IMG/VR virus record: IMGVR_UViG_3300047548_001236
Location: 218,856-282,855 of that record
Length of the DNA stretch: 64,000 nucleotides
Direction: 5' to 3' (one strand)
The position numbers and the translations under genes are program-made. The notes under the pieces are model-generated. The model searched no databases. It saw only the letters and a list, made by a program, of their open reading frames with translations, and was not told the DNA's origin. This document shows, in pieces, positions 50,401 through 59,597 of this stretch (position 1 is the first letter of the stretch; each line of letters starts with the position of its first letter).

Positions 50401-52092
50401 TCACGATTTATCTTCGATGTCGAGCGTCTTAGGATATCCCTTCTCGCCAGGGCGAAGCCTGCGAAGACCTTTTTCACGACGCTTCCTGATGTTGTACCAG
50501 AGTCCTTTGGGTTTATGCTTTTCCTCGACTACTTGTCCAGGCGTCTCTCTCTTGTATATATCTGTCAAACTGTCTGTGCCCCACTCTCTTTGGTCAGGAA
50601 TGCTTTCTTCTGGATCTAGAGACTCGGTGACGTCAAATGTGTTGAGATATGCCTTATGGCCTTTTGTCAGTCTGTATCTATTGTACAGCTTTTCAAGCTC
50701 TTTAGCTTTTTCAGGGTCAAGATTGTATTTACTCGTGACGGATCCCGCATCACCATCTATATCCGGCGTTGCTTCATAATCTTTGAGTGCTGCAAGCATG
50801 TTCTTTCTTTCAAGTTCACGCTTGATAATTGTCTGGATGGGATCGAGATCGTCCGCTTCATTCATTCTGTCACGAATATCAGCAAACCGTTTTGAAGCTC
50901 TCTTGTTGACATCGGCATGTCTTGCATTCGTCATCATTCTGTGATGTCTGACTGCGTCCACCTTCTTTTCACTTGCGATGACGGAACGCACTCTATCTGT
51001 ATTAGACGTCTCGAGAGCTTCGATCAGCTGATTTAGATCAGTAAGAACCTCAACACTCTCGAAAACAGCATCTGTGTAATTTTTGAAGGCCTCGTTAACA
51101 TGACCTCTGTGTCCTGTAGCCGATGCTGATAGACTAACATGGTGGGAGTGTGATCTGCTTAGACGTTCAGTTTCGACTTTACGAACGACGGGGAGCAGTC
51201 TCTTAGCAATTCGCTCGATCACTGCAGGTGGGATATTCATCAGACGAGCGTCAAGAGCGTTCTTTTCAACCACGGAAAGTTCTGCGTAATCCTTGTTACG
51301 CAGAATACGCGAGCGGATGATTTCAAGCGCTCTTTTACGGGCTCTTTCTCTAAGTTTTTCAGGGGATGCTCTGCGCTCTGCAGCTCTTTCACGTGCGATT
51401 TCAATTCGCTTCGCGTAGCGACGCATCGTCTGCGCCTTCTTAATCCGCTCTGAATACGGAATAGGACGTATCTTTTCTGTGAGGTATCCCTCAGACAAAC
51501 CGTCTAATTGCACCACGACAGCTTCAAATATATCTCTCGCTGATGGACGTAGCGGCATTGCCAACGATTGCTTGAACGAAGTGAAATCACCGCGAATTGC
51601 GTGTTCTGCGATTACATCGTATGACCCAGGATCGCTATATGGAACGATGTCTATTGATTCGAAACGCAGCTCATCACGGTGCATAGCTACTACGTTGGAA
51701 ACGTCATACGCTTCTTCTTGCATGCATACAATCACGACGCTGTTGTATTCGTCTTCGCAAACCTTTAGTGCTTCAAGTATGGTAGGAACAGCACTTGGAT
51801 ACACAATGTTTCCAAAAACGCTTTGGGACATACCAATCCGCTGTTGCTCATCAAGATACCCCTCAGAGACGTCACGGTTTGAAACAAACACATATGTATC
51901 TGCCTCGTACAGCTTTGCATACTTTTTCAGGGTTTCAACCAGACGTTGATCAGCGATAGAGGGAGGGGAATAGTCACCCATCGTCAACATCGCCTTGCTT
52001 TTCTTGTCTCTTTCGAGCGTAGGATTTACCTCGACATATTTTGATGGGCTGAACTTTTTTAGGACAACCTTTTGGATTTTCTTCTCGGTCAT
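50401..52092 (-). CDS. Large putative virion protein with degenerate cytidylyltransferase-like N-domain
   Basis: TMGDYSPPSIAD in place of GRFNPPTIGH; PTILEAL; IRGDFTSFKQSL; basic RMRR...ASPEKLRERA helix domain; many xxE sites; own late promoter. Confidence 0.6.
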   Translation of the reverse strand: MTEKKIQKVVLKKFSPSKYVEVNPTLERDKKSKAMLTMGDYSPPSIADQRLVETLKKYAKLYEADTYVFVSNRDVSEGYLDEQQRIGMSQSVFGNIVYPSAVPTILEALKVCEDEYNSVVIVCMQEEAYDVSNVVAMHRDELRFESIDIVPYSDPGSYDVIAEHAIRGDFTSFKQSLAMPLRPSARDIFEAVVVQLDGLSEGYLTEKIRPIPYSERIKKAQTMRRYAKRIEIARERAAERRASPEKLRERARKRALEIIRSRILRNKDYAELSVVEKNALDARLMNIPPAVIERIAKRLLPVVRKVETERLSRSHSHHVSLSASATGHRGHVNEAFKNYTDAVFESVEVLTDLNQLIEALETSNTDRVRSVIASEKKVDAVRHHRMMTNARHADVNKRASKRFADIRDRMNEADDLDPIQTIIKRELERKNMLAALKDYEATPDIDGDAGSVTSKYNLDPEKAKELEKLYNRYRLTKGHKAYLNTFDVTESLDPEESIPDQREWGTDSLTDIYKRETPGQVVEEKHKPKGLWYNIRKRREKGLRRLRPGEKGYPKTLDIEDKS

Positions 52093-52129
52093 GAGAACAC
52101 CTTTCACTGGATTTGAGATCTGTTTACAG

Positions 52130-52137
52130 TATTTATA
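52130..52137 (-). promoter_or_regulatory. T4-type late promoter TATAAATA for the head-protein/lysis run
   Basis: Exact consensus in the intergenic gap. Confidence 0.75.
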
Positions 52138-52140
52138 CTG

Positions 52141-52827
52141 TCAAGACTTTAGGTGTTTGTGAAAGGATGATATTGTAGAACCGTAAAAGGTATCTGCTTT
52201 ATTCCATATTGTCGATTGCCTTATCCATCCGATAGCTGGGGTCGGATCAACAACAGCAAGAGGAACGCGACTTCTTCTTTTCTTCATGAAAAAACGGTTG
52301 TCTATTGGACCACCACCTCCACCAGTCCTCAACTCGTCTAACAGAGATTGTGCTGTTTTAGGAGTCAGTGCGTACGCGTGAGCGCCGTTGTGATGATCGA
52401 TATCTATTATCTTTCTGGGAGGTCCGGCAGCTATGTGATCATACTTAGATGGGTCGTTAAGTTTATACCCCAACACAACAATTTTACCATCGGGAATGTT
52501 CATATTGATAGGATGTAACATCAAAGCATCATGTTCCAAAACAATAGCGCATTGCTGTGTTTCAGCAATGCGCTTCCATATTAATGCATGTGACACGGAA
52601 CAACAGGCTGCTTTGTCAATCTTGTCGTCGTTTATTCGGTGATCCATACTTCCCTGTAGGATTTCTAAACCCGTCGATGTCCACGCATTGTAACTTGTCA
52701 TGTTTTCTACGCCATCAAAGAACTCGTACTGAATGCCTACGCTTTCACATGATCTTGCGCACGTGTCAGCATATTCCCGTGACAGTGGCGACGTAATGCG
52801 AAGGATGTACGCCTTTTCTGGCCTCAT
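52141..52827 (-). CDS. Glycosyltransferase family 25 (paralogue 1)
   Basis: KAYIL, FFDG, AACCSVSHALIW, IVLEHDA, GAHAYAL. Confidence 0.8.
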   Translation of the reverse strand: MRPEKAYILRITSPLSREYADTCARSCESVGIQYEFFDGVENMTSYNAWTSTGLEILQGSMDHRINDDKIDKAACCSVSHALIWKRIAETQQCAIVLEHDALMLHPINMNIPDGKIVVLGYKLNDPSKYDHIAAGPPRKIIDIDHHNGAHAYALTPKTAQSLLDELRTGGGGGPIDNRFFMKKRRSRVPLAVVDPTPAIGWIRQSTIWNKADTFYGSTISSFHKHLKS

Positions 52828-52831
52828 CGAA

Positions 52832-53521
52832 TTACCTATAGTTGTTGTTGAAAGATTCGATGAACGGGTAGTTTAACGTTGACGATTCTTTCCATATTGT
52901 CGATTTTCTGATCCAACCAATTGCTGGAGTTGGGTCGGCAATTGAGAGAGGAACCTTTGTCCGTCTCATTTTCAAGAAAAAGCAATTGTCAACAGGAGTA
53001 TTAACTCCAATAGTATTTAGCTCGTTCAACATTATTGACGCGGTATTCCACGTGAGTGCATAAGCGTGCGCTCCTTCATGTCCATCGATACCTATTAGTT
53101 TGCGAGGCGGACCAGCCTTGACGTGGTCATAACGGTTCGGATCCTGTAGTTTATAACCGAGTGCGACAATCATGTTATCAGGAATATGAACCGTAACTGG
53201 GTGAAGCATGATTGCATCATGCTCTAACACGATGGCAACTTCCTTTCGTGTGGCTATTTTGTGCCACACCATTGCATGGCTGACTGTTGCACATGCAGCC
53301 TTATCGACTTTCCCCGATTTGTAGACGCCAAGCATCTTGACAGGAAAATGGCACATCATCCATGCATCATATGCTGTTTGATTCTCGATTCCGTCAAAGA
53401 ATTCGTATGGAAGACCAATCTTTTCGCATGATTTTACAGCCTCTGATGCATATTGCTGTGACAGTGGATCAGATATTCGAATAATGTATGCTTTTTCGGG
53501 GTACATAATATGAACGCTCAC
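52832..53521 (-). CDS. Glycosyltransferase family 25 (paralogue 2)
   Basis: KAYII, FFDG, ACATVSHAMVW, IVLEHDA, GAHAYAL; visibly similar to paralogue 1. Confidence 0.8.
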   Translation of the reverse strand: MSVHIMYPEKAYIIRISDPLSQQYASEAVKSCEKIGLPYEFFDGIENQTAYDAWMMCHFPVKMLGVYKSGKVDKAACATVSHAMVWHKIATRKEVAIVLEHDAIMLHPVTVHIPDNMIVALGYKLQDPNRYDHVKAGPPRKLIGIDGHEGAHAYALTWNTASIMLNELNTIGVNTPVDNCFFLKMRRTKVPLSIADPTPAIGWIRKSTIWKESSTLNYPFIESFNNNYR

Positions 53522-54213
53522 AGAGTTGTTGTTGATTTCAAGTTTTGAACTTGAGTATAGTAGGTTTTACTCACGGCCAAAAAATTACATAATTGTTGAC
53601 ACATAATTGCATCGTTTGGCCACAGACCGTATTTATAGCAGAGTTCAATCAGATGCTTTGCAGCAAACGGTTTGATGATGTATGCGGAATTGCCAGGCAG
53701 ACCTTGGGGAACCTCCTTACTAGCAAGCATTGGAGGACTCATCAGCTCATCTTTACTGTTCTGTACCATGTCGTGGTACGTCCTAAAAGCAAATGTTGCA
53801 TGCATTGGACTATTGATACCTATTACACCATATCTTGTTTCAAGCAGCGGTTCTGGATCTAGCTTATGCACAAACATTGCGTCATGTTCTAATACGAGGA
53901 TTGGCTCTTGTGTTTGCATGCATTTTTCCCACAATAGAAAATGACTCAGAGAACAAGCGACTCTTCTTTTAGGATCTCTACCACCGTAAGCGGTCTTTCT
54001 CATCTCGGTCCATGGATCTAACACAGAACCGACATCTGGATAATTCCATATCAGCTTTTTAGCCTTCATCAATCCGTCTACGTCAGGTGGCGTTACAGCT
54101 TGAAACCTTTCAACAGTAAACGCGTTACCAACACCTTTTGACGATGATAAAAGAGCATGGAACCCTTTCTCAGATATCTCATTACCGTTCATTACTATTG
54201 CATAAGCCTTCAT
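53518..54213 (-). CDS. Glycosyltransferase family 25 (paralogue 3)
   Basis: RFQAV, ACSLSHFLLW, LVLEHDA, GNSAYII, PNDA. Confidence 0.8.
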   Translation of the reverse strand: MKAYAIVMNGNEISEKGFHALLSSSKGVGNAFTVERFQAVTPPDVDGLMKAKKLIWNYPDVGSVLDPWTEMRKTAYGGRDPKRRVACSLSHFLLWEKCMQTQEPILVLEHDAMFVHKLDPEPLLETRYGVIGINSPMHATFAFRTYHDMVQNSKDELMSPPMLASKEVPQGLPGNSAYIIKPFAAKHLIELCYKYGLWPNDAIMCQQLCNFLAVSKTYYTQVQNLKSTTTL

Positions 54214-54216
54214 AAA

Positions 54217-54513
54217 TCAATCCTTGTTATCGAATAACCACTTTGCTTTATCGTCAACCCAAACATCGTACACGGGCTTTTTCATACGCAATTCGTGGTA
54301 TTTACATCCCCACTGTTTCAACTGCTTCTCGGTCAACTCCGAAAAGTCAAGACCTCTACTCATTCCTCGTGCTGTCCAATATATGATAGTGTTTCCTTCA
54401 TCGTAAAGCTGGTTTATACGATCGATTCTTTCTTGGATAGGCTGTGACTGTGTGTAATCGCCAGAAGGCGGTGAAAAACATATAGTCCCATCAATATCTA
54501 CAATGTAAATCAT
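54217..54513 (-). CDS. Small HAD-superfamily phosphatase (capsule/heptose-phosphate phosphatase-like)
   Basis: VDIDGT, YWTARG, MKKP.YDVWVDDKA. Confidence 0.8.
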   Translation of the reverse strand: MIYIVDIDGTICFSPPSGDYTQSQPIQERIDRINQLYDEGNTIIYWTARGMSRGLDFSELTEKQLKQWGCKYHELRMKKPVYDVWVDDKAKWLFDNKD

Positions 54514-54866
54514 CGCTGACTATCTCCTTTGAATACACGGTAGTTATCCTCGACAGAGTCAGGCGTCGAAACTTCCAAAATTGTACCAGCTTCAAGGCAT
54601 ATCAATTGGTGAGGCATTAAAGGAGGATTGTGCCATACGTCACCCACGTTAAGCGTTTTAACGTGTTGCTCTGCATTCGTGGTGTCAATATAACGAACTT
54701 CAAATTTCCCCTGAACAACATACCACGTTTCGTCCTTGACAGCATGGAAATGCATGGAGAACATTGCTCCTCGATTGAAGTTCAAAAACTTCGAACAATA
54801 TAGATCATTGCTGACCCATATGTTTTCAGAACCCCAGCCTTTTTCAACATATCCGGACAATCTCAT
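54510..54866 (-). CDS. Cupin, sugar isomerase-like
   Basis: VEKGWG.E, FSMHFHAVKDETWYV..G, PHQL, EVSTPDSVEDNYR. Confidence 0.8.
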   Translation of the reverse strand: MRLSGYVEKGWGSENIWVSNDLYCSKFLNFNRGAMFSMHFHAVKDETWYVVQGKFEVRYIDTTNAEQHVKTLNVGDVWHNPPLMPHQLICLEAGTILEVSTPDSVEDNYRVFKGDSQR

Positions 54867-55612
54867 AGACCCACCTCCTCTAATCTTGGGGCATATACGC
54901 CAACATGACGTACTGTCACTTCCGAAGCTCTCATTGCAAATTGTATTGATTGGCTCATGTCTTGCGTTGAGCAGAACATGTATGATAATGCTGCTAGGAA
55001 CGTATCACCAGCTCCACAAACATCATGCACTTCGACTTTTCTAGGGTAATATACTTCTGCTCCATAGACAACCTTTTCACCGCCGTATGTAACAACAGCA
55101 TCGTGATGATCGGACGTTCGAGCTTCCCACTCGATATGGTTGACCTTGAGACAAAAGCCGTCGAACTGTTTCAAGTCTGTCTTCTTTGTGTCGATAAATT
55201 TAGGACAAGAGTATTTCGATCCTATCACAGCAATATCTTCATATGATAGAAACCCTTTGTTGTAGTCAGATACCACCACACAATCGTACACATCGTCAGG
55301 AAGAGTGTTCAAATCAATGCGATGGTTTCCAAGTCTCTCATCGACCCTAAGCAGTTGTGTGTTTCTTTTTATATCAATATATCGTGTCTTCTTCTCGATC
55401 ACGGCACTGATCATAACGACATCACATCCTAGATTTGAAAGATTTAGCATTACATTGGACGCCATACCACCCAGCTCACGGCTATGATGCATGTCAAGTA
55501 TCGGAACAGGTGCTTCTGGACTTAGTCTGTTGACATTCCCATAATGGTAAACGTCGATACAACTATCGCCTATCAATAATACTTTGAATTGTGTTTGTTG
55601 TTGACTGTCCAT
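54863..55612 (-). CDS. hldA: Heptose-7-phosphate kinase (HldE/RfaE kinase domain, PfkB family)
   Basis: LIGDSCID.Y..G.V.RLSPEAPVP, GGMASNV..NL, SDYNKG, DVCGAGDTF. Confidence 0.85.
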   Translation of the reverse strand: MDSQQQTQFKVLLIGDSCIDVYHYGNVNRLSPEAPVPILDMHHSRELGGMASNVMLNLSNLGCDVVMISAVIEKKTRYIDIKRNTQLLRVDERLGNHRIDLNTLPDDVYDCVVVSDYNKGFLSYEDIAVIGSKYSCPKFIDTKKTDLKQFDGFCLKVNHIEWEARTSDHHDAVVTYGGEKVVYGAEVYYPRKVEVHDVCGAGDTFLAALSYMFCSTQDMSQSIQFAMRASEVTVRHVGVYAPRLEEVGL

Positions 55613-55967
55613 TGTTCCTCTCAAAATAAACTAGGCTTTCACTATATTCAGCTCCAACGACTGGACGACCTCTCCAGTCAGACCCAATCACTCTCACCGC
55701 GGGCTTGTGTTTCTTCAACAATTCGATCAACTGCTGATCCGAATCAAATTCTTCGACAATGTCTACAGGTTTCAACTGTTCCATAATTGCACGGCGAATG
55801 TTGATTGGGTTGATCGGACGACTCGGTCCCTTCGATTCAGCAATTCTACGATCAGAGTCCAGCCCTACAACTAATCGATCTCCAAGCCCTTTTGCGTATT
55901 TAAGAAGTTCAATGTGTCCTTCATGAAGAAGATCGAATGCTCCATTGCAAAATATCACTTTAGACAT
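55563..55967 (-). CDS. hldC: Heptose-1-phosphate adenylyltransferase (HldE/RfaE domain II)
   Basis: NGAFDLLHEGH, LVVGLDSD, KGPSRPIN, IGSDW, STTNTI. Confidence 0.85.
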   Translation of the reverse strand: MSKVIFCNGAFDLLHEGHIELLKYAKGLGDRLVVGLDSDRRIAESKGPSRPINPINIRRAIMEQLKPVDIVEEFDSDQQLIELLKKHKPAVRVIGSDWRGRPVVGAEYSESLVYFERNNGQSTTNTIQSIIDRR

Positions 55968-56574
55968 CGATGATCCTCACGTTGCGGTTACGGTACATTG
56001 CTTCTAACGCATAGTCCCAGAAGTTATGTCGTCGACGGTGCTCGCTGTTTAACAGAATCGTGCACGGGGTTCCTGCAGACATTGCTACCCAACTTGTTCC
56101 CGATGCTGCTCCAACGTGTTCTTGCGCATTCGCTACAGTGTCGAACAGCTGTTTTAGAGTCATGCCCTGTTGATGTGCATTGCTAAGGTCGATCGTTCGA
56201 CGGTTGCCAACATATTTAGACACATCCCCCACACTACGTGTGCTGTTGCGCGAATGTAGCTGCGTAGTAACATAATCGCCGACCGACTTAGTTGTCGTAT
56301 ACTGTACTGTGGGTATGTTGTTTTCCAAATACACTTGATCTGGATATAGCACTGTCGAGTGCGTTCCTCTAAGGAATTTCACTCTATACTTATCAGGATA
56401 TATCTGATTGCTAAGATCTTGAATTAACTTCACACCATATGCGTCAGGATCATCGACATACAAAGTAATATCCGATCCTATATACGCAAGGACAGAGCAT
56501 ACCAGAATGCTGTCGCCTAACTTCCATCCACCAAAACTGGGTCTACCTCTTGCTTCCAGTCTAAAGCTGTTCAC
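55960..56574 (-). CDS. GT9 (heptosyltransferase)-like glycosyltransferase, divergent
   Basis: N-terminal LGDSILV; C-terminal HVGAASGTSWVAMSAGTP resembling the GT9 DSG..H.A.A..P motif. Confidence 0.55.
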   Translation of the reverse strand: MNSFRLEARGRPSFGGWKLGDSILVCSVLAYIGSDITLYVDDPDAYGVKLIQDLSNQIYPDKYRVKFLRGTHSTVLYPDQVYLENNIPTVQYTTTKSVGDYVTTQLHSRNSTRSVGDVSKYVGNRRTIDLSNAHQQGMTLKQLFDTVANAQEHVGAASGTSWVAMSAGTPCTILLNSEHRRRHNFWDYALEAMYRNRNVRIIDV

Positions 56575-57278
56575 AACAACCTCACATCGTAACCTTTTTC
56601 AATCCATCTCTTTGCAACACCCGTTTGCTTATCAGCTGGAATGTATACGTGGACGTCTTTTGGATCCTTGACGCAATATGCAAAGTGCGTTAGACCGCTG
56701 TCAATACCAACGTGAAACTCGGCGTGCTCAAGCATATATGCAACTGTTGCTAACCCCATACTATCACGTCCACCGATATTGATATAGGCGTAATTGGGAT
56801 ACCAACGACGCAGAATTGAATCGATCATATGTGTCGTGTAACCACACCTTTTCGAAACGCCGGTATACTGGAACGTGACGTATTTCTTAGGAGGGAGAGT
56901 GCATTTTCTCAACTGTGTTTTATCTACTGTCAGATATGGAGCTGTAGGGTAATTGTCCAACACAGTCCGACCGCTAACTTGTGCTAACGTGTCGTTGTCA
57001 TACGACTTGGATATATATGATAGATATCTTCCTTGGTCGATGACTAACCGATCAAGGACGTCGGAAGCATTACACAGCTTTGCAAACTCTTTGTACGCGT
57101 CATTGATGAACGGTACGAGTAGCTTGCTGTTTGCAGGACAGCCGTTGGCAAAGTTGCTGACAGTTGCAACCATATCTCCGAAACCTCGAGGGGTCGTGAC
57201 AAGAACTTTTTGTTGGGTGGAGGCGGGACGGAAAAAATCCGTCCCATCCGAGAAACCGCGTAGAATAAAGTCGTTCAC
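56571..57278 (-). CDS. GT9 (heptosyltransferase)-like glycosyltransferase
   Basis: RGFGDMV; HVGIDSGLTHFA; GTG start overlapping the upstream TGA. Confidence 0.65.
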   Translation of the reverse strand: MNDFILRGFSDGTDFFRPASTQQKVLVTTPRGFGDMVATVSNFANGCPANSKLLVPFINDAYKEFAKLCNASDVLDRLVIDQGRYLSYISKSYDNDTLAQVSGRTVLDNYPTAPYLTVDKTQLRKCTLPPKKYVTFQYTGVSKRCGYTTHMIDSILRRWYPNYAYINIGGRDSMGLATVAYMLEHAEFHVGIDSGLTHFAYCVKDPKDVHVYIPADKQTGVAKRWIEKGYDVRLL

Positions 57279-57880
57279 GGAACTAGCCTTAGCTGGTGTT
57301 GACCATATTGGGCATATGCTCTGCTTGCCCAATCCAAGAAATTGGTGGGTTGGAAGTTTGACAGAGCTGGGTCCACATACCAGTCTTCAAAATAGATTCC
57401 ATGCATATCCAGACGTCGAACGTCTTTAATTACACGAAGGTATCCTTGTGCTGTAAGAAGTTCGTAAGCCTTGATCTGGTATACGTCATTAGTTGAGTAC
57501 TTGTCATGCTCAAACGTGATACATTTAGTGCGGATTCCTGCATCAACGATACGCTGCAATGCTTTGAATGTGAATTCTGGCGGTTCGATATCAAGCGATA
57601 TGTAATCGAAGAATTTTTCGTTTAAACCTTCATAATCGAACGTCAGCGCATCAGCAATATGGAATTCATCCTTCGTTCTCCACGAAGAGTTCCACATTTC
57701 CCTGTATTTCTCTTCAATCTCTATCGATACCCCAGACCACCCGTTCTTTTCGAGCAAAGCTGTGTTACTGTTTTTTTCAGGTTGGTATGCTCCTATTTCC
57801 AACCACCTTTTGCCTTTGCCACACACTTCGAGAGCAAAAAGATCTTGCAGTGCGTGCGTTGAGCTTCTAAATGAATTCAT
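57275..57880 (-). CDS. FkbM-like SAM-dependent methyltransferase
   Basis: WLEIGA, SNTALLE..GWSGVSIE, DYISLDIE, ITFEHD, FEDWYV. Confidence 0.75.
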   Translation of the reverse strand: MNSFRSSTHALQDLFALEVCGKGKRWLEIGAYQPEKNSNTALLEKNGWSGVSIEIEEKYREMWNSSWRTKDEFHIADALTFDYEGLNEKFFDYISLDIEPPEFTFKALQRIVDAGIRTKCITFEHDKYSTNDVYQIKAYELLTAQGYLRVIKDVRRLDMHGIYFEDWYVDPALSNFQPTNFLDWASRAYAQYGQHQLRLVP

Positions 57881-58371
57881 CGTTTAACTCCCATAGCTGC
57901 GAACGAGTTGTAAAGGTCGACCTCCGACACGAAAATTTTCTCCCATCCTCTTGCTTCAAAATAATCGCGGATAAACTGAGGAAGAAGAATATTGACGTGC
58001 TTTCTGTTGTTCCATGGTCTCCAGTATTCTTGTGAGTAGTGTGGCAGATATAGGAACATTACACCGCCTGGCCTGATCCTCGTGGACCAGTAATCAAGCA
58101 CTCCAACCCAATCTGGAAGATGCTCTAAACAATGTGAAGAGAAGATGTAGTCGTATTGGTGGTCTGGAAGATTGTTTGCATGATATTCGTCATCGACAGA
58201 CAGGTCAATCAACCTTGCTCCTGGAAATTTCCACTGCTCGTTTCCACCCCCGATATCTAGCCCCTCGCCGCGTAGAACCTCTTTTGCAAAAGGCATTATA
58301 AATCTAGCTGCATTACCGTTTGTTTGAAAAGCAGGATATTGGCCTTCTTTGAAAACTACTGTATCGATCAT
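57877..58371 (-). CDS. Class I SAM-dependent methyltransferase
   Basis: GLDIGGG, YDYIFSSHCLEHL, IRPGGVMFLYLP. Confidence 0.82.
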   Translation of the reverse strand: MIDTVVFKEGQYPAFQTNGNAARFIMPFAKEVLRGEGLDIGGGNEQWKFPGARLIDLSVDDEYHANNLPDHQYDYIFSSHCLEHLPDWVGVLDYWSTRIRPGGVMFLYLPHYSQEYWRPWNNRKHVNILLPQFIRDYFEARGWEKIFVSEVDLYNSFAAMGVKR

Positions 58372-59159
58372 CTTAGTCCTTCCATGTTTAATACTTGCTC
58401 GACATTCTCACCTTTTGACGGTAGATGATCCTTCAAGAAGAAGTGTATAAAATACGAGTCTTTTAGGTAAAAATCTTCGATCCCTTTGTATAGCGCATTC
58501 CATCTCCAGTTGAGGCGCTTGTATTTGACACCGTCTTTACGAATCCAGTAGTTTAACAAAGTTTGATCTGTAGACCATTTCCAGAATCCAAGACCATCAA
58601 TGAAACGCTTGAATTCTGGACGAGCAAGAAACTCTGCAGGTGTCTGACCGTTGAGGTACTTCTTGATCTCGCTGCTGAAAATCATCAGACCCATATTCAT
58701 AAACTCGTAGCCACGTTCGTTTTTCTTCCAATCGATGTCGGTTAGCGTCTCGTACTGTTCTCTCGAGTAAGCTGAAATCTTGCCAAAATATGCTCTGGTG
58801 AGCGGCATCTCTCTCTCGACCACAGCTCCAAATTCCGAACCGTCGTCCAGCTCAGCAAATATATTTGGTGCATTTTCTCGGATGTAGATATCCGAATCGA
58901 TGATAGCTATTCTATCATACTGATCGAGATATGAAAACGCATTTTCCTTCTCGTATATAGGTAGATAGCCCAGTCTTCCATATGAAGCTGAGCTGCGATT
59001 TGTTACCTTGATGTCTGGAACTATTTTTAGGATGGGTTCTCGCTGAACAATATGATCAAACCCATGCTTTTTACAATATCTTGCTACCGATGCAACACAG
59101 TAGTCGTACAGTTTCAGTTTTGGTCCTACATAGACCTGGTATATCATACACTTCTTCAT
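58368..59159 (-). CDS. GT-A fold glycosyltransferase (GT8/GT34-like)
   Basis: YCKKHG, AIIDSDIYI (DxD), NMGLM, DQTLLN, WRWNA, FIHF; start moved to MKKCMIY (GGAG SD). Confidence 0.75.
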   Translation of the reverse strand: MKKCMIYQVYVGPKLKLYDYCVASVARYCKKHGFDHIVQREPILKIVPDIKVTNRSSASYGRLGYLPIYEKENAFSYLDQYDRIAIIDSDIYIRENAPNIFAELDDGSEFGAVVEREMPLTRAYFGKISAYSREQYETLTDIDWKKNERGYEFMNMGLMIFSSEIKKYLNGQTPAEFLARPEFKRFIDGLGFWKWSTDQTLLNYWIRKDGVKYKRLNWRWNALYKGIEDFYLKDSYFIHFFLKDHLPSKGENVEQVLNMEGLR

Positions 59160-59179
59160 TATCTCTCCCATCATAGAAA

Positions 59180-59205
59180 GAAAGGTGGAAGTAACTCCAC
59201 CTTTC
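59180..59205 (-). terminator. 10-bp hairpin with U-rich tail in the leader of the glycosylation island
   Basis: GAAAGGTGGA-GTTACT-TCCACCTTTC followed by TTTCTAT on the minus strand. Confidence 0.55.
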
Positions 59206-59216
59206 ACAATCACAAG

Positions 59217-59224
59217 TATTTATA
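59217..59224 (-). promoter_or_regulatory. T4-type late promoter TATAAATA for the glycosylation island
   Basis: Exact consensus in the intergenic gap. Confidence 0.7.
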
Positions 59225-59230
59225 TGCGAA

Positions 59231-59389
59231 TCACCAACGTTGTTGGAAAGGTGCGCGTCCTTTATCTATTTCGCGCATTCTTCTTTCAAGATCAACGTGA
59301 TCGACAGCTTCGCTAAGATATTTCTCTTCGTCGGACATCGTCTTCGAGCCGTGTACAAGATTTCTAAGAGCTTGAAAAAGTAACATCAT
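59231..59389 (-). CDS. Small host-like protein, DUF3563-like, 52 aa (not in ORF track)
   Basis: MMLLFQALRNLVHGSKTMSDEEKYLSEAVDHVDLERRMREIDKGRAPFQQRW; YLSEAxDxxDLERRMR pattern. Confidence 0.65.
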   Translation of the reverse strand: MMLLFQALRNLVHGSKTMSDEEKYLSEAVDHVDLERRMREIDKGRAPFQQRW

Positions 59390-59565
59390 TTTGCGAACGA
59401 AGCTCCAAGCTCATGTACCTTACCCATTTTGACCATCGTCAAAATGTAATCGTACGATTCGTGCTTATACTCAGATGACCACAGCATGTATGCTATCTCG
59501 CGCTGTGCCTTTTCGTGACGGGACTCGATCATCGCATCCCACAAACCAATGAAGAAACTCTTCAT
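59386..59565 (-). CDS. Small host-like helical protein, 59 aa (not in ORF track)
   Basis: MKSFFIGLWDAMIESRHEKAQREIAYMLWSSEYKHESYDYILTMVKMGKVHELGASFAK; AAAGGAG SD; ATGA coupling. Confidence 0.6.
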   Translation of the reverse strand: MKSFFIGLWDAMIESRHEKAQREIAYMLWSSEYKHESYDYILTMVKMGKVHELGASFAK

Positions 59566-59597
59566 TTTCTTTCTCCTTTCCGTAACAATACAACTGA

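Noticed and set aside
10375-55565. Genome-wide TAG reassignment (code 15) as an explanation for the phosphoesterase stop
   Set aside because: TAG works as a normal stop elsewhere (10375-10377, 18792-18794, 55563-55565), with the next gene starting nearby or no sensible extension. Only one internal TAG was found.
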